Shown here one piece after another: positions 51,082 through 64,000 of a stretch of 64,000 bases of DNA. Made by a program: the position numbers and the translations under genes. How positions within the stretch are numbered: the stretch's first letter is position 1; every line of letters begins with the position of its first letter. The notes under the pieces were generated by a model. That model was not told where the DNA came from. It searched no databases and saw only the letters and a program-made list of their open reading frames with translations. This DNA comes from Tubiluchus corallicola (taxonomy: Eukaryota > Animalia > Priapulida), in NCBI GenBank assembly GCA_030141605.1, contig JAQGDQ010000004.1, positions 1,364,001 through 1,428,000 of the forward strand, read 5' to 3'.

Positions 51082-53150
51082 GAGTAGGGACAATATAATG
51101 AAAAAAACAGCCCTGCGCTTAAAAATTGCAAGAATTTGCTCGTCGTTTGCTCGTAGCACTTGGTACAGTGAATAACATATCCAAATTAGGTCGAAATCTG
51201 AGCACTACAAAGGCCCTAATTATGACGTCAAATAAATGCCCCCCCCCCATTTGACCATTTTTGAATGGGTTTTTAGTCTACCAGAATTGTGAAAAAACGC
51301 TCATTTTGATTCAAAATCATGAAACTTTGCACAGTGCTAGAATACAAGTGCTTAAGGTGATTAATTTTGATTATGGAATCAAATGAAATTCGTCTAATAT
51401 GACGCAATTTTCGAGATGGCTGACAAAATGGGTGTTGCTAGCTTATAAAGGCTATATCTTAGCTATCAAAGCACAATCTTATATTGATTATGGTGACTAA
51501 ATATAGGTTTTCAAGATCAAGGAATCCGTTATCTGATGCTTTAATAACCATATAATATCACCCCAGTTCAAGATGGCTGCTAAGATGGCTGCAAATGCTG
51601 CAAAATATGACGGAATTATTCGTTTTGCCTTAAAAGCATGGAACTTTGCACAATGCTAAAACCCATCTGGTTGATTAATTTTGGGTATGGAGTCAATCGG
51701 AAATTATCCAATATGGCCACAGCATTCAAGATGGCCGACAAGATGGCTGACTGTCGCCAGCTCATAAGGGCGATGTCATTTAGGAATTATCAACAAAGTC
51801 TACTTGTTTTTTGCCAACTAACATACATATACTGTCACAACGTAGTAAGGTAATGTTTGAATACTTGTATGGTTTCTCAAATGAATATTGTACGTACAGT
51901 ATTATTTAATGCGTTAGGTACATTGCTACACTCGCTCAATATCTGGAACATATAGCTTAGGTATATAGTTTTTCATGAAATTAGAAATGCAGAAGGCTTT
52001 AAAAAGAATCAGTTCTGTCAGTTTTTATTGGTTACGACCAGATTTCAGATTTTGACAGGTAAAAAAATTTTACGCTCTTTTTTGTGGACAAGTCTTTATG
52101 TGCTTTGTCAAGTGTTACAGTGATGCATGGTTGGCTCTGTTATACTAAAGTGCAACAAAATGTTCAAGCACAAACATGAGATAAGTCAGCTGCTTAGGTT
52201 TAGAAATAATGGTTAGAAATACCAAATTCTTCTGTTACCTCTCCAACACTTACCATGTTAGATCAAGCAATCTTTTCCTCTCCCGGCAAAATCTGAAATC
52301 TAGTAAATGCTGACAGAATTGATTCTTTTCGGGGCGTTCACAATTTCATGAAAAGCTACATACCTAAGGTACTTGCCTGTTCCAGACATAAAGCAGAGTG
52401 TAGCAATTAATATATCAAAAGTTAAATATTACTGTACGTGTAATATTGATTCGAGAAACCATTCGCAGCATTCAAACATAAACTTGACAATACGTTAATG
52501 CTAGTTGAAAAAACAGGTAGATTTTGTTCACAATTCCTAAAAGATATGGCCCTTATGAGCAGGTAACAACCATCTTGTCAGCCATCTTGAATGCTGTAGC
52601 CATATTGGATAATTTTCGATTGGCTCCATATCCAAAATTAATCAACCGGATGGGTTTTAGCATTATCGAATTTAGCCCCTATCTTGAAATGAGTGATATT
52701 ATAGGGACACGAAAGCATCAAACATGGATTCCTTGACCTTGAAAGCCTATATCTAGGCAGCAAAATCATTATCCTGTATGCTCTGATAGCTAAAATATGA
52801 TATACACAATAAGATAGCAACAGTCATATTGTCAGCCTTCTCGAAAATTACGGCCCTGTTAAACGAATTTCGGTTGACTCCATAATCAAAATTAATCACC
52901 TTAATGATAACTAGCACTGTGCAAAGTTTCAAGCTTTTGAAATCAAAATGGGCATTTTTTCACCATTCTTGTAAACTAAATACCCAATCATTTTGATCTC
53001 TGACATCATCTTCTCTGGCGTCATAATTAGGCCATTTGCAGTCCGCAAATTTCGGCCTAATTTAGATATGCTATTCTCTGGACCAAAGACTAGAAGAAAA
53101 TATGTTTCGTTGCAATTTATTAGGGATATGTCAGCAAATTGACGCTACTA
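51082..53150. mobile_element. ~2.1-kb foldback non-autonomous DNA transposon (possibly Academ-like)
   Basis: Diverged inverted arms of about 0.9-1 kb, e.g. ccaatatggccacagcattcaagatggccgacaagatgg versus ccatcttgtcagccatcttgaatgctgtagccatattgg; termini gagtagggacaat / attgacgctacta. Confidence 0.8.
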
Positions 53151-53448
53151 AAATGACTTAAAATTCCCTTGACCATGTAAAGCGCTTAGAGCTAATGATT
53201 CTAACGTTCGACCATGCACCAAAAGATACTATCAAACATTACCGGAATTTTAATTGAATCGAACACTTGACTTTCGAATTCGAATTGCATCGAATTTCAA
53301 AATTTCGAATCCGAATCGAATTCGAATGTTGTGCTAAAGATATTCGAATAAATTTCGAATCAGTAATAAAAGCAATAATGCGCACAAAAAACTCAGTTTA
53401 GTTCTGGGATGACGAAGGGTGTAGCATGTACCACAAATTTACCACTGA

Positions 53449-53680
53449 TGGCGCGTTCAGACGCAGAGACTTCTCGCGACTTGTTGCGCAATTTCTCTCT
53501 GAGAGTAAAGTTGCAACGTGTGAGCGACGAGGCACCTTCTCTCGCAACTTGTTGCAACGTGTGAACGGCTTGCCAACTTCTCTCATAACTTGTTGCAACG
53601 TGTCAACGGCTTGGCAACTTCTCTCAGGGAGAAATTGCGCAACAAGTTGCGAGCCGAAGTCTCTACGTTTGAACGCGCCA
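53449..53680. mobile_element. Palindromic MITE (PIF/Harbinger-like)
   Basis: tggcgcgttcagacg...cgtttgaacgcgcca with arms of about 60 bp; 3-bp flanks tga/taa; internal ttgcaac repeats. Confidence 0.82.
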
Positions 53681-54412
53681 TAAGACTCTAATGACTGATT
53701 TGTGTAGATTAACAATCACAATAAAAATAGTTTGGCGCACTTAACAAACTAACGAATCAACTTTATGTGATATCCTTGAGATTAGTTGTTGTTTTGTTGC
53801 TTTTGCACGTCTTAAGTTCATTGCACGGCTTGCAAGTTTCCTCTGATGGTTCATTAAACTTAAAGGATATCAAGTAAGTATTGCTTGTAATGGCCATGTT
53901 AGCAAGACAAATATTTTCTAAATTACTATCACGTGACCCGCAATGCAGATCGCTGAACTACCAACGCTGACCAAATTGTCACCCTTACTGCTTAATTTCG
54001 TTTTAAAGCAGCTCGCAAAGATCACTCGATTTTGTTCTACGGCAACAATTAGTAATAACTTATTAAGAAATAATGCGCGGCTAAATTGTTCTGATTGCAT
54101 GACATTTCAAATGTTTTAATGACAAAGAAAACGAAGAGGCGTTGTATTATTCGAATTCGCAATTTGAGGTTCGAATGTAACGTTCGATGTTCCCTTCTAC
54201 TAAACAAGCTACAATAGGCCTAAGATCTTTGGCTTTCGCTGGTCAAAGTAGTGAACCTACATAGGCAGCCCAATTTTTATTTTCCTCATAAAATCCAATT
54301 TTAGGAAAATGAAAAAAATCGTTTATCTTTAATCTTATCATGATTAGCGTTTGTAAATGCAGTTGATGTTTCTGGGAAAAGGTTTAATTTAATGGATTGG
54401 CAAAAATATTAC

Positions 54413-54486
54413 CATGTTTACGTCGTCGATTTTGCTGATGCTTCGTAATAAGATGTTTACTGTAACGTTTACTGCACAACATTCAC
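54413..54486 (-). CDS. GluCl: GluCl exon (beta1, loop G)
   Basis: tttcag|GECCAVNVTVNILLRSISKIDDVNM|gtaata; equivalent to insect GluCl exon 3. Confidence 0.94.
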
Positions 54487-55289
54487 CTGAAAAACAAGCG
54501 ATATTACTGTGACGTACATTCGTGTAATTAATGTGAATTAGGTTTGAACCCTTATATATTTTATAATATATGTAATTAATAATTTTTATATTGAACAGAC
54601 ACGATTACAGTGCATTTCATACGGTCTCTCGGTTGTGTTCAGTAAAAAATTGTGAATTTCTGAAATAAATGAAAGGGAAATGCCCAAACCACTGTCCAAA
54701 ATAATTCAAAATTTTATCACACGGCGTGACAGTCGAAAAAGTCATAAGATGCCAAATTTAGCTCAAAAACGACAAGTAAGTTCCATGAAAATAAGAGTGA
54801 CCAGGCCCAGCGTTACTTAATTTCATGCTGTAATGGCGTACCATGATTACTCGGCTATTTTCTTCATTCCTTGATTACTGGAAACCAAAAAAAAACTACT
54901 GTATCTGTTGCACCAAGAACTTCCCTTACATTGTCTGGCTCAACAGGAAAACTAGATGAGCTAAAGTTTATGGGTATCGCAAATTGTATGATTCTGTTGG
55001 TAGGAGGCAATATTTATCGCAAAATCCGAATTTTCCTTTTGTGAATGTTATCGGAATTTAATTATCAAAATCCGAATTTTCCTTTTATTTTTCTGCCCCT
55101 GCCACCTTTTAGCGCCCGTGACCCTGTTGGAGAGCTGTGATATGTGATACTGCACGCAAGTTGCAAATCTTGTGACCAACAAAACATGCCCAAGAGTTAA
55201 GTAAAATAATGAAATTATTTATGTTATATTGAGATAAAATTACAGCAGCAATACTTCTTCTAGAAACGTTTGTAACAGGACATTTTACA

Positions 55290-55935
55290 GCACAAATTTC
55301 AACTCCGCTGCACATTCACCGTACAAAGCGTTTCGTGGAGGTCTCGGATGGAATTTTATAAGTCATTGGAAAGATATAAGTAATTTGGCCACTTTGCTTA
55401 TGTATAGCCTTATAAGTTAACTCCGATGTGCAAATATGCTACACTTGTCAATATGGTCAAAGAAGTATAGCAATTTATAGGTGAACGTTAAGTAAGATAT
55501 TCGTGCACTGTTGACTATAATTCTATTTTAAGAACAAAATATTTTGCGTTCTTATATATTATATCTTTATTTGCCATAAAAATAATAATTATAAACATCA
55601 TACCATGCATTATATCATTCAGTGTACGTAACTAAGGATTTACACTGTTAGCTGGCAAATGCGTCAAGTGCGAGAAATTAAAACTGGTCGTCTAGCCTAT
55701 ATAAAAATTAATTATTTATATAGTCATATTTTTGTATGCTTGTTTGTTCATCTTTGCTTTATGTTTTTTCACAAAAAATCAGACCAACATGACAACGATT
55801 GTTCGGCTTTGGCAAAGGTTTCCTTTCCACGATGTACTTTTTAGTGTTCTGTTTGTGCCCTGTGTCACTTTTATCTGTGCCATTTTACCCATTATTTTCC
55901 TTAGTGCCCTTTTTTCCTGTGCCATTTGTACCATT
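55290..55935 (+). mobile_element. Partial third copy of the HINE-containing composite element
   Basis: Shares ggaggtctc, tatagccttataag, tataattctatt..gaacaaaatattttg and gttcggctttggca with 6530-6985, followed by the gtgccatttt array. Confidence 0.65.
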
Positions 55936-56202
55936 TATATCGTAAAGTTAACAACAATTTTAATTGTTATATGCTTAATGAAACTTTAATTCCTTATAAA
56001 TCTTATATACTGCTATGATACGAAACTTAAATTGCTTAGCCAGGATTAATTTTATTTAATATTTAATTCGTAGTTGCCACGATAGAGGGCACATGTACAA
56101 CTTGATTTATTTTGACTTATGCGACCACATTCTAACAAAAATTTATGCGATCAAATTCGATTGTGCGACTCGCATTTAAACAAATTGCATTATGATTCAT
56201 AC

Positions 56203-56315
56203 CGGTTTCATCGACCGGAGTGTCACCTCGTGGTCGCAGACGGTTGTCGTACTGAGCATTTGGACCCAAAATGGCGTCGATGATATCCTTTTCCGAGACA
56301 GCACTGGATGTATTT
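56203..56315 (-). CDS. GluCl: GluCl first located coding exon (alpha-1 helix); upstream signal-peptide exon not found
   Basis: ttacag|NTSSAVSEKDIIDAILGPNAQYDNRLRPRGDTPVDETG|gtatga; EK.I.D.IL...YD.R.RP motif. Confidence 0.92.
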
Positions 56316-59300
56316 CTGTAAAAACATAAAAAAGAATAGATCACTTTTTCAGACCAGATTTTTCCCAACAAACTGAGATTTCCTGTAATTCGTAATAAAA
56401 TTATATTAAATTATTGTTATTATAAAGATTTTGGGATATATGGTAATAACAGTTCATTTTAAAAGATAATTAACAGTCTAATCGCATTAAACTAAATTTT
56501 TGTAACGAGCTAGTTACAAAATGATTTTTGTAAGTAAGTAAGTAAAGTGAGCAGTATTATTAATTTGTTTGTACAGAATGTAATCATCAATGAGGAAAAA
56601 ACGACCACGTGTGACAGGACAAGTGGGCTACCATGTTTTCTGTCTGCCGTAGCTAGCGAAATAAACGGTTATCTAATCTAATTTTCTCAAACACATCATC
56701 CAGCAATTCCAATTCAATTCATTCCTGTCCAGTCCAATACAATCCAATTTAATATAGCAGAAACACAAAAAGCAGAGCATTATTTTGTATATATGTATAC
56801 GTTTTGCTATTAAAAAATTTACCACTGCCACCACCATCGCAACCGCTATGGTGCTACCACCACTTCCACCACTACTGTCACTATAAAAAACAGTGCTTGT
56901 GCTTACGCAGGTGGTTTTAACGGAGGCTGCGGTCGAGGTAGCTTGGGTTTCTCCGCAGTAGCAGACGAAGATTGAACTCCACACACGATCTTCCATCCTA
57001 TCTGACAAATGAATAAAAGGGCTGCCAAACTGTACTGCGCCTTCATTGTGCATAATAAAACGCTGGCTTTGCTGAAAGTAAAATTTAATAACAGTACTAT
57101 TAAAGCTGGTGGCTGTTGCTCATCTACATATTGTAGAAAACAGGTTTCATTTCGTGAAAAGTAATTAATTTACTACTGATAATTAAAGCATGATGGCGCA
57201 TAATTAGTAGGCTAACATGTACTCCTATGTCATCGATAGAACAAACCCCCAATCATATTTTTTGAAGTAGGGATATTACACGCTAGTAAACAGATGTATA
57301 AAGCACTCGGAATGTGAAAAGCTTGGACTGAACTTGACATTAATGAACTTTTTGGGCACGGACCCAGTTTCACAATAATTAGCCAATTCAGCTAATGACA
57401 ATTCAGTTAGTTTCCAATGATAACCCACTTATATCTAAAATAGTTCAAGCCTCAAAAGTTCTCAGCCCAAATTCAAACTTAGTCAGATCCATATTCACAT
57501 TTCTCAGGTTATATGTCCTCTATTTTGTGTAAATTTAAAAAATAAAGATTTTTAAGTCATCAATAATAAGTCTTTTAAACTTAAATTATCTTAAATCTAC
57601 AAACTAAAAATAATTTTAATTTCAAGAGCAGTAATTAATGACGAATTAAGACCGCACTTATTATTTTTAAAACTAAACATAACCAGAGAAAGGAAATGTG
57701 AAAGCACGAATTGAACTTAAGTGAGAGCTTATTGCTAACAGAACAACTACAATTTTTCAAAACTCTTGTTTAACAGTTTAACTTGTCTTCTGCATGTGTA
57801 TAATAATTCAATGCACCTAGTCGAAATAGAGAACTCTGAAGGCAAAGCTGATGCAATTTATAAAACAAAGGTGAAAAGTCAGTCGTTTGTAGACAACTAC
57901 TGAAGTATTCAACCACTTCGAAAACACTTGGTTGGTATTCCATGAGACGCACTAGACGAGCAAACAAAGTTTGTAAGGTGACGTAAATACGTTTTTAAGG
58001 TCATAAGATGTTTTTAAACTATCTGAGTAATAGAAATAAAAGAAACAAAATAAAACGTAGTAATGCGGCTAGACCAGGACACGAATTTATTTCGATTATA
58101 ATAGTATCTTTTCAGTTTTTATTGTAATGACTATTAATTATTTGGTGATAGAAGGCTTTAATAATTATTGTGACATTTTTGAACACCATGATTATGCGAG
58201 TTGAATCTTTTCACAATTTCTACATTCATAATTACCACCAGAGCATCAATTTCCTGTCCAGTTTCAAAAGTATCATCATAAATCATTGAATTCAGTTGTG
58301 CATTCCGCTGCTCTTAGTGCTCAAGACTTTAGCAGGAGTACTGAGAAAAGTATTAAACAGATAAAGTTGGGATTTGCTGTTCAAACCAAGTCACTGTCAA
58401 TAGAGAAATAAAACGTGACGCGAGGAGAGCAAAGTCCGTGGCTGTATTAAAGAACTCTCTGCGATTCCAGTACTAATGTCTACATTGCTATATTGATTTC
58501 TAATTTCTCCTTTCTATTTTGTCCTCCCTCTCTTACCCTCCATCTCTTACATCTCTCACCCTTCTCTCCCTGTTAATCGTTTCCACGCATTTGACCCCTT
58601 CTCTTCCTTGCATTTAGAAATATAACAGGTCTAATGTCGTACAGCGAGTTTTAAGCTTTACTAAAAATAAGAAAGTTGTACAGACGTTGTTCCCCCCCCC
58701 CTCTCCTTGTTAATAAAGGAGAGTGAAACACAGCATCTATACTACTTGGTTGTTGTAAAGCCTGAAGCTTATCGTCCGACATAGTCAATGTACGATATTA
58801 CCCCATTTTATCATATTTCATGAAATAAAATATAAAAGAAAGTATGAAAAACATTTAAGCCAGCCACTCATGTCATGCAAATATTTTTGCATTATTGAGC
58901 GTTGCATTTTTGCATCTCATCTCGTGTTTTGCCGCCTTTAGAGCAGTGGTGGAAAAGCTAGTGATAATCGCGTTAAGTAAACCAGCCTGGTCTGTAAATA
59001 TATGGGTGACCATTATTAAAAATACGGATTTTATTAGCTATATATTCTTAGCTATTTCCTTTACTGATACTTAAGATGCCTTTGCTGATTCAATGTCATA
59101 GAAATTAAAGATTGACAATAAGGAAAATTCCCGGGCTAATCGCCAGGCAACAATCCAACATTAATAATAACATTTTTGCAGTATGTCGAGCTGTATAAAG
59201 AATCTTCCAACCGTTAATCACATCATGTAACATGTGACTGTGTAACGATCCTGTCTGTAATGCTGCATGCCTTTTCTCCGACTTTGGTGTTTTGTAAACT

Positions 59301-60834
59301 TTATTATAATAAAATTATTCTTCCAATATCTCTACAAAAATTCTTGCTTTTAGCTTAGAAAAGTGATTACAAAAAATGTATAGTGCTTAATTTAATTACG
59401 TTATTTCTTCCAATTATCAAGTTAATCTACAATTCCAAGACGCAGTTTAGTACTTTGCAGGTATAATGTAACTTTATTTGGAACTCTTCAGTGCTGCCTC
59501 GCATAGAAGCTTGAATAAGTAGATTACTGTTTGTAAAAGCCGCGTTTTTGGAAGAATAAAAATGTAGAATAAAAGTGCATCAAGATAGAGTAAATGTAAA
59601 TGATCACTCTGCCGCAGCCAGACAAAAATTAACGCTATGAATCTGAGAATGATTAACACTTTTCTATAAAATAGTAGCAAAATTGTGTAGCATTAATAAC
59701 TAGAGAAAGGTATTTCGCAGCATCGGAAACGGTGACTTTTGCGAAGCCATCCTCTTCGTCGCCATGGTTACATTATGATCACACCAAAGAGAATTTATCG
59801 AGTAATTAATTTTTGAAGGGCGCACAAGAAGGACATGGAGAGCGCTGAAGAGTAGTAGGAAAATATCACCGTCACTTTGAAACCTTGAAAGTGCTCTTGA
59901 AATTACTTAAAGAGCTTTCAAGACATGAGGCTCTAGATGTAATCTCTGAATGAATAGACGGTTGCAACGGGACATGCTACGAAGCCGCGCCACGAAAACG
60001 TATACAGCTAATCTACAGACATCTGTCATAGAATCCTACTAACACAGACAGATAGTTTTTACACTTTCTCAGGCACTTGCTGCAGTTTTTATGCGCTACA
60101 AAGTTGATAATTTACATATAAATTTCGTATTTGCTTATTTTTGTTTATTGATTATCAACTTTTGTTTTTCAATTAGCATGTTTATTTCCATTTGTTCATA
60201 TTAACCGGTGCAGTCACATAATATTAGGTGACAAGTTTGCTTTATCTTGTTACCCACTAACGACAGATAAAGTCCAAATTATCTTTATCGAAACACCGAA
60301 ACATGAAAGATGATGAGTATAATAAATTGGAAGAATACGCATTAAAAATACACAATTTCTACTACGGGATTTATGTACTTTGTTGTAATTAATAATTAAT
60401 TATCTGTACAGAAGAAGTGTTAGATAATTGATGTATATCTATAGGCCACAGAGGGGAGGGGGAGGGGCACAGCTTGTTATGGCTTTGCTATAGGTTTATA
60501 CAACTATGACAAATGAGTCCACTGTTTTGCTGTATTGCACACGTGTAAACATGCGATCAGTTCTTGCTCATGATATTCTACACGATAATTAAATATCCTA
60601 TACAAGCGTTTTGTGATCAATGTAATAGGTACACCTGAACAGACTCTTGTTTACTTTCCCGGCAAAACATGCAAACAATCGATTTCAATTGTTTCGACCA
60701 GTATTACTTGTTTTCACCTGCACAGATGCATTCATTTATTATATTATAGGAAATTTACACCAATAACAACATTAGTATGCGCGTACATCATAACATCTAA
60801 TCTTGAAAGGCAGGTGGTCAAAGGAAAAAGGATC

Positions 60835-60972
60835 ACCAGTCAAAGGACCACCAGACAAAATGCCACAAACAAAAGACCACTAGTCACAGAACCATCTTCC
60901 ATATCTTAACAGCGGTAAAAGTACCACATGTTAACGAGATGGACAGAGAACCACCAGTCAAAGGAGCACTAG
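60835..60972. repeat. Degenerate 15-bp tandem array (AAAGGACCACCAGTC), probably a transposon arm
   Basis: Several periodic copies visible. Confidence 0.5.
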
Positions 60973-61148
60973 CAGATGTGCTAACGATTAACAGGCGAAA
61001 TGTAAGTACTCTCCTTGATTAAACAACGTTGTAAGCCTACACCATCAACAATTTCACCCCGTGTAGGTGGTAATTCCAATTGTACGCGTAAAAGCATTTT
61101 AGATGTTCCACTAAAACGGTCCCCTTTGATGAGTCTGCTTTTACGCAC

Positions 61149-61150
<2 letters not shown>

Positions 61151-61213
<63 letters not shown>
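61151..61213. repeat. (CT)n(AT)n microsatellite
   Basis: Directly visible. Confidence 0.93.
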
Positions 61214-61217
<4 letters not shown>

Positions 61218-64000
61218 CACTCTACCTCCTTTTTTTCTTCTCCTATACCGATCTGTTTAAACAAGGCCAAAAGCCGCTCAGCAATCACAGTTAGAAATCA
61301 AGAACATGCCGAAAAGAGGAGGAGAAAGCTAAAACGGTTATATCTACTATAAATTTCACAGGTACAATCACAACCCACACAGATATTTTGAATGATTTTG
61401 ATTCCTATTTATCTGGATGATCAGTTAACGATAGTGATGGCCCTGAAGCTGTAATCGACATGAAGCACTACAATGTTCGCCGATACCATGTTGGATGCTT
61501 AACAAGGTAAAATTGAACAAAATGGCCCCGTTAACAAGATTTAGACGATGAGTGTTATACAAGGGAATTAGATTAGTAACTGTATACTGTCTGAGTTTCT
61601 GTAGAAAGTATGCGCTCATTTTCCAATAAGTCAGCTTCAGCTGATTGTTACTGCTTTATAGGAGTAAGTTTTTTGGCATTTTCTCAGAAAATCACTCATG
61701 AAATTGGTAAGAGGTTAAACGCGGATAACGCCGTAGACTGAAAAAAATAAAAGTGGAATTTTTATTAGTGCCATATACCTGTGTCCCTTCTGAGACTTTC
61801 CAACCAACACTTATCAGTGTTAGTTTGCTAATACACCACAAATGCTTTGAATCTCACTCGGCCAAATCTCACCATGAAAGTTTTCATTGCATGACAGGTA
61901 ATGCACGAAATTCAAAAGCTGTTTAAAGCTGATGAAGCTAATGCTTACTCATACAGAGTTTAAACGATGATTAAATAGAATAACTTAATTCAGCTACTCT
62001 TTAAAATTTATATACGATAATCAGAATTATGCAAAAAGATTTCAATTTTCAATTCTCATCACTCAATTAAAAGCTTTTCCATTTGAGACACCAAGTTGTC
62101 GAAACTGATAGTGTACCGTTCATTTAAATTTGTTTCAATTATTTTCAGTAGTGTGGCATTTGTGCAGGAACTTTAACACTTTTACTCAGAAAAAACTCCC
62201 AGTGTACAGGACCCATGTTTATTTCCAGCGAATACAATATGTAACGTCTACCTAAAAATTGTTGCATAAATTTTTTTATGCTGTTTCAATAGGAAGACTT
62301 AGCTTGCGAAACTTTTAATTTTTCCAAATTCGCCAATCGTAAGTAACAATTACGCCTTCAAACAACCTAGCATGACCTCTTCCTCCTCCTCCTCCTTTCC
62401 GCCTCCTTCTCCTCTTCTTTTTCTGTCTTCTCTTCCTCCTCCTCCTCCTCCTCCTCCTCCTCCTCGACTAGTAGAGAGGTATCAATAGATCTGACATTTC
62501 ATAAATGTCACGTAACCGTTACATAATATAGGTTGAAGCATTTTTATTTTTATTAAAAGCTTCATATGTTACAACTGCTGCTGATTTTACTGTTTTAAAA
62601 CGCTAATTTGTAACTGAACGAGAACAGAAAAAACGTTTTCTCAGATTGGAATTGCATCGCAGCTGGATTTGTTATCTGGCCTATATTTAGCTCTAAATCT
62701 TCTTTTTAAACCGAAATCATGTATTTTCAGCTATGTTGCAAAATAAACGCAATAAATAAAAAACTTTACGACCCTTAACAGCTGTTTTAACCCTATGGTT
62801 CTTTTGAATTAGGGTTATTTAATTATTTATAATCGGTGACAGTTATGATGCTTAACCAACATTCAGCCCTTTATTAGCCCATTTCTTTTTATGGAGGCAA
62901 TTTTTTTTCGGTTTTGACGCCTTTATCCCCTTGCTCCCCCTCTCTCTTTCCCCCAAGCCTCTCTCTTTCTCTCTCTTTCTCTTACTCTTTTTTCACTCTC
63001 TATGTCTCTTTCTTTAGCCATCCAAATATGAATGTACGTCTAGTCAAGAATTAAATGGTAACTGGCATATCAGCTAAGGCCTAACTTAAAGTAAACAGCG
63101 AGTATTGCTAACTTATAAGTCGATTTACATAGTGTATTTACATATTCCTGCACAGATACCGATAATTTTGATTTTCTTTGATACATTTACATTTCGTGTA
63201 TCATATTGCTTATTAACATTGGATGTTTTAAAATTTTAATAATTTAAGAATATCAAAGGTTTTCTGGTAAGTGCACTCAAGAATACTGTTAGGCCGCTTT
63301 TAATGAAATTCAACAATAATGTATGCCGATCGACTCCCGCTACAAATGCTTTATTTTATATTCCCCAACAGCACTCTAGTGCCAGTTTACTGGGTGAACG
63401 GATCAAGGGTTTAATCCTATTCAGAAATTGCTGGTGATGATGACGAACTACCACGAGGCTAAGTAATTTATCATCTCGTAAAATGTTTTCGTCATTCTTG
63501 CAATACCTCTATGAAAGTTTACAGTTAAGCATACGGTTAACAGTTTAAACATAAGATTACAGTTAAACACTTATCTGAAAGGCAATTATCACGATACGTC
63601 TAGACGTACGTCCAAGTTACGTTTTCGCATAGGCAAGAGCCGAAAATCTTTTTATATAATTTGTTTTGTTCGTACGTCCTGTACTCATTCTGCAGCAGGC
63701 TGCGTGTTTTTCCAATTGTAAGTAAATTGCCGGTGTTTTTTCTTGTGTTCCTTGAAAGGGTCCACCAAGAATTAAACTTTTTCAACAAATAAAGTCCGAT
63801 TTAGGGCCTATTAACGCAGTGCGCTTTTGACGCATGAATCAGACGCATGAACCAACTGAAAATTAGTTAAAACAGTAGAAGTCATTGGACCTGTTTGCCT
63901 TTTATTCACAATTTCACTGTTCATTAAATCTTCACTGCTTCTACCTACCACTGGCTCCCAGGCTGATAGCTAATCTGTCCTGGGCAGCCTATCTGTTATC

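Noticed and set aside
52254-52292. Possible alternative GluCl exon 3 ending AACATG|gtaagt
   Set aside because: No homology apart from the final NM, an in-frame TGA, and it lies inside the foldback transposon
59474-59680. Hydrophobic ORF as the GluCl signal peptide
   Set aside because: No in-frame ATG, and the available donor is phase 1 while phase 2 is required

Overview
AT-rich, intron- and microsatellite-rich animal genomic DNA. It is probably from a protostome invertebrate, because it carries a glutamate-gated chloride channel. Three genes lie on the minus strand: the first six coding exons of splicing factor SF3B1 (ATG at 8873, gene runs off the left edge), a single-coding-exon FMRFamide-receptor-like GPCR (16243-17517), and a GluCl-type Cys-loop anion channel (8 coding exons located, 41050-56315; signal-peptide exon not found). 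The rest is introns and intergenic DNA with non-autonomous DNA transposons (Harbinger, hAT, Helentron-like, a 2 kb foldback), LINE and SINE fragments and simple repeats. The most interesting unexplained signals are: (1) SF3B1 intron 5 has nested long-range stems and an H/ACA-like hairpin with bipartite complementarity to 18S rRNA; (2) a candidate poison exon in SF3B1 intron 4; (3) twin perfect hairpins downstream of the GluCl stop; (4) a composite transposon apparently copied as a unit. All calls were made by eye; no searches or folding programs were run.
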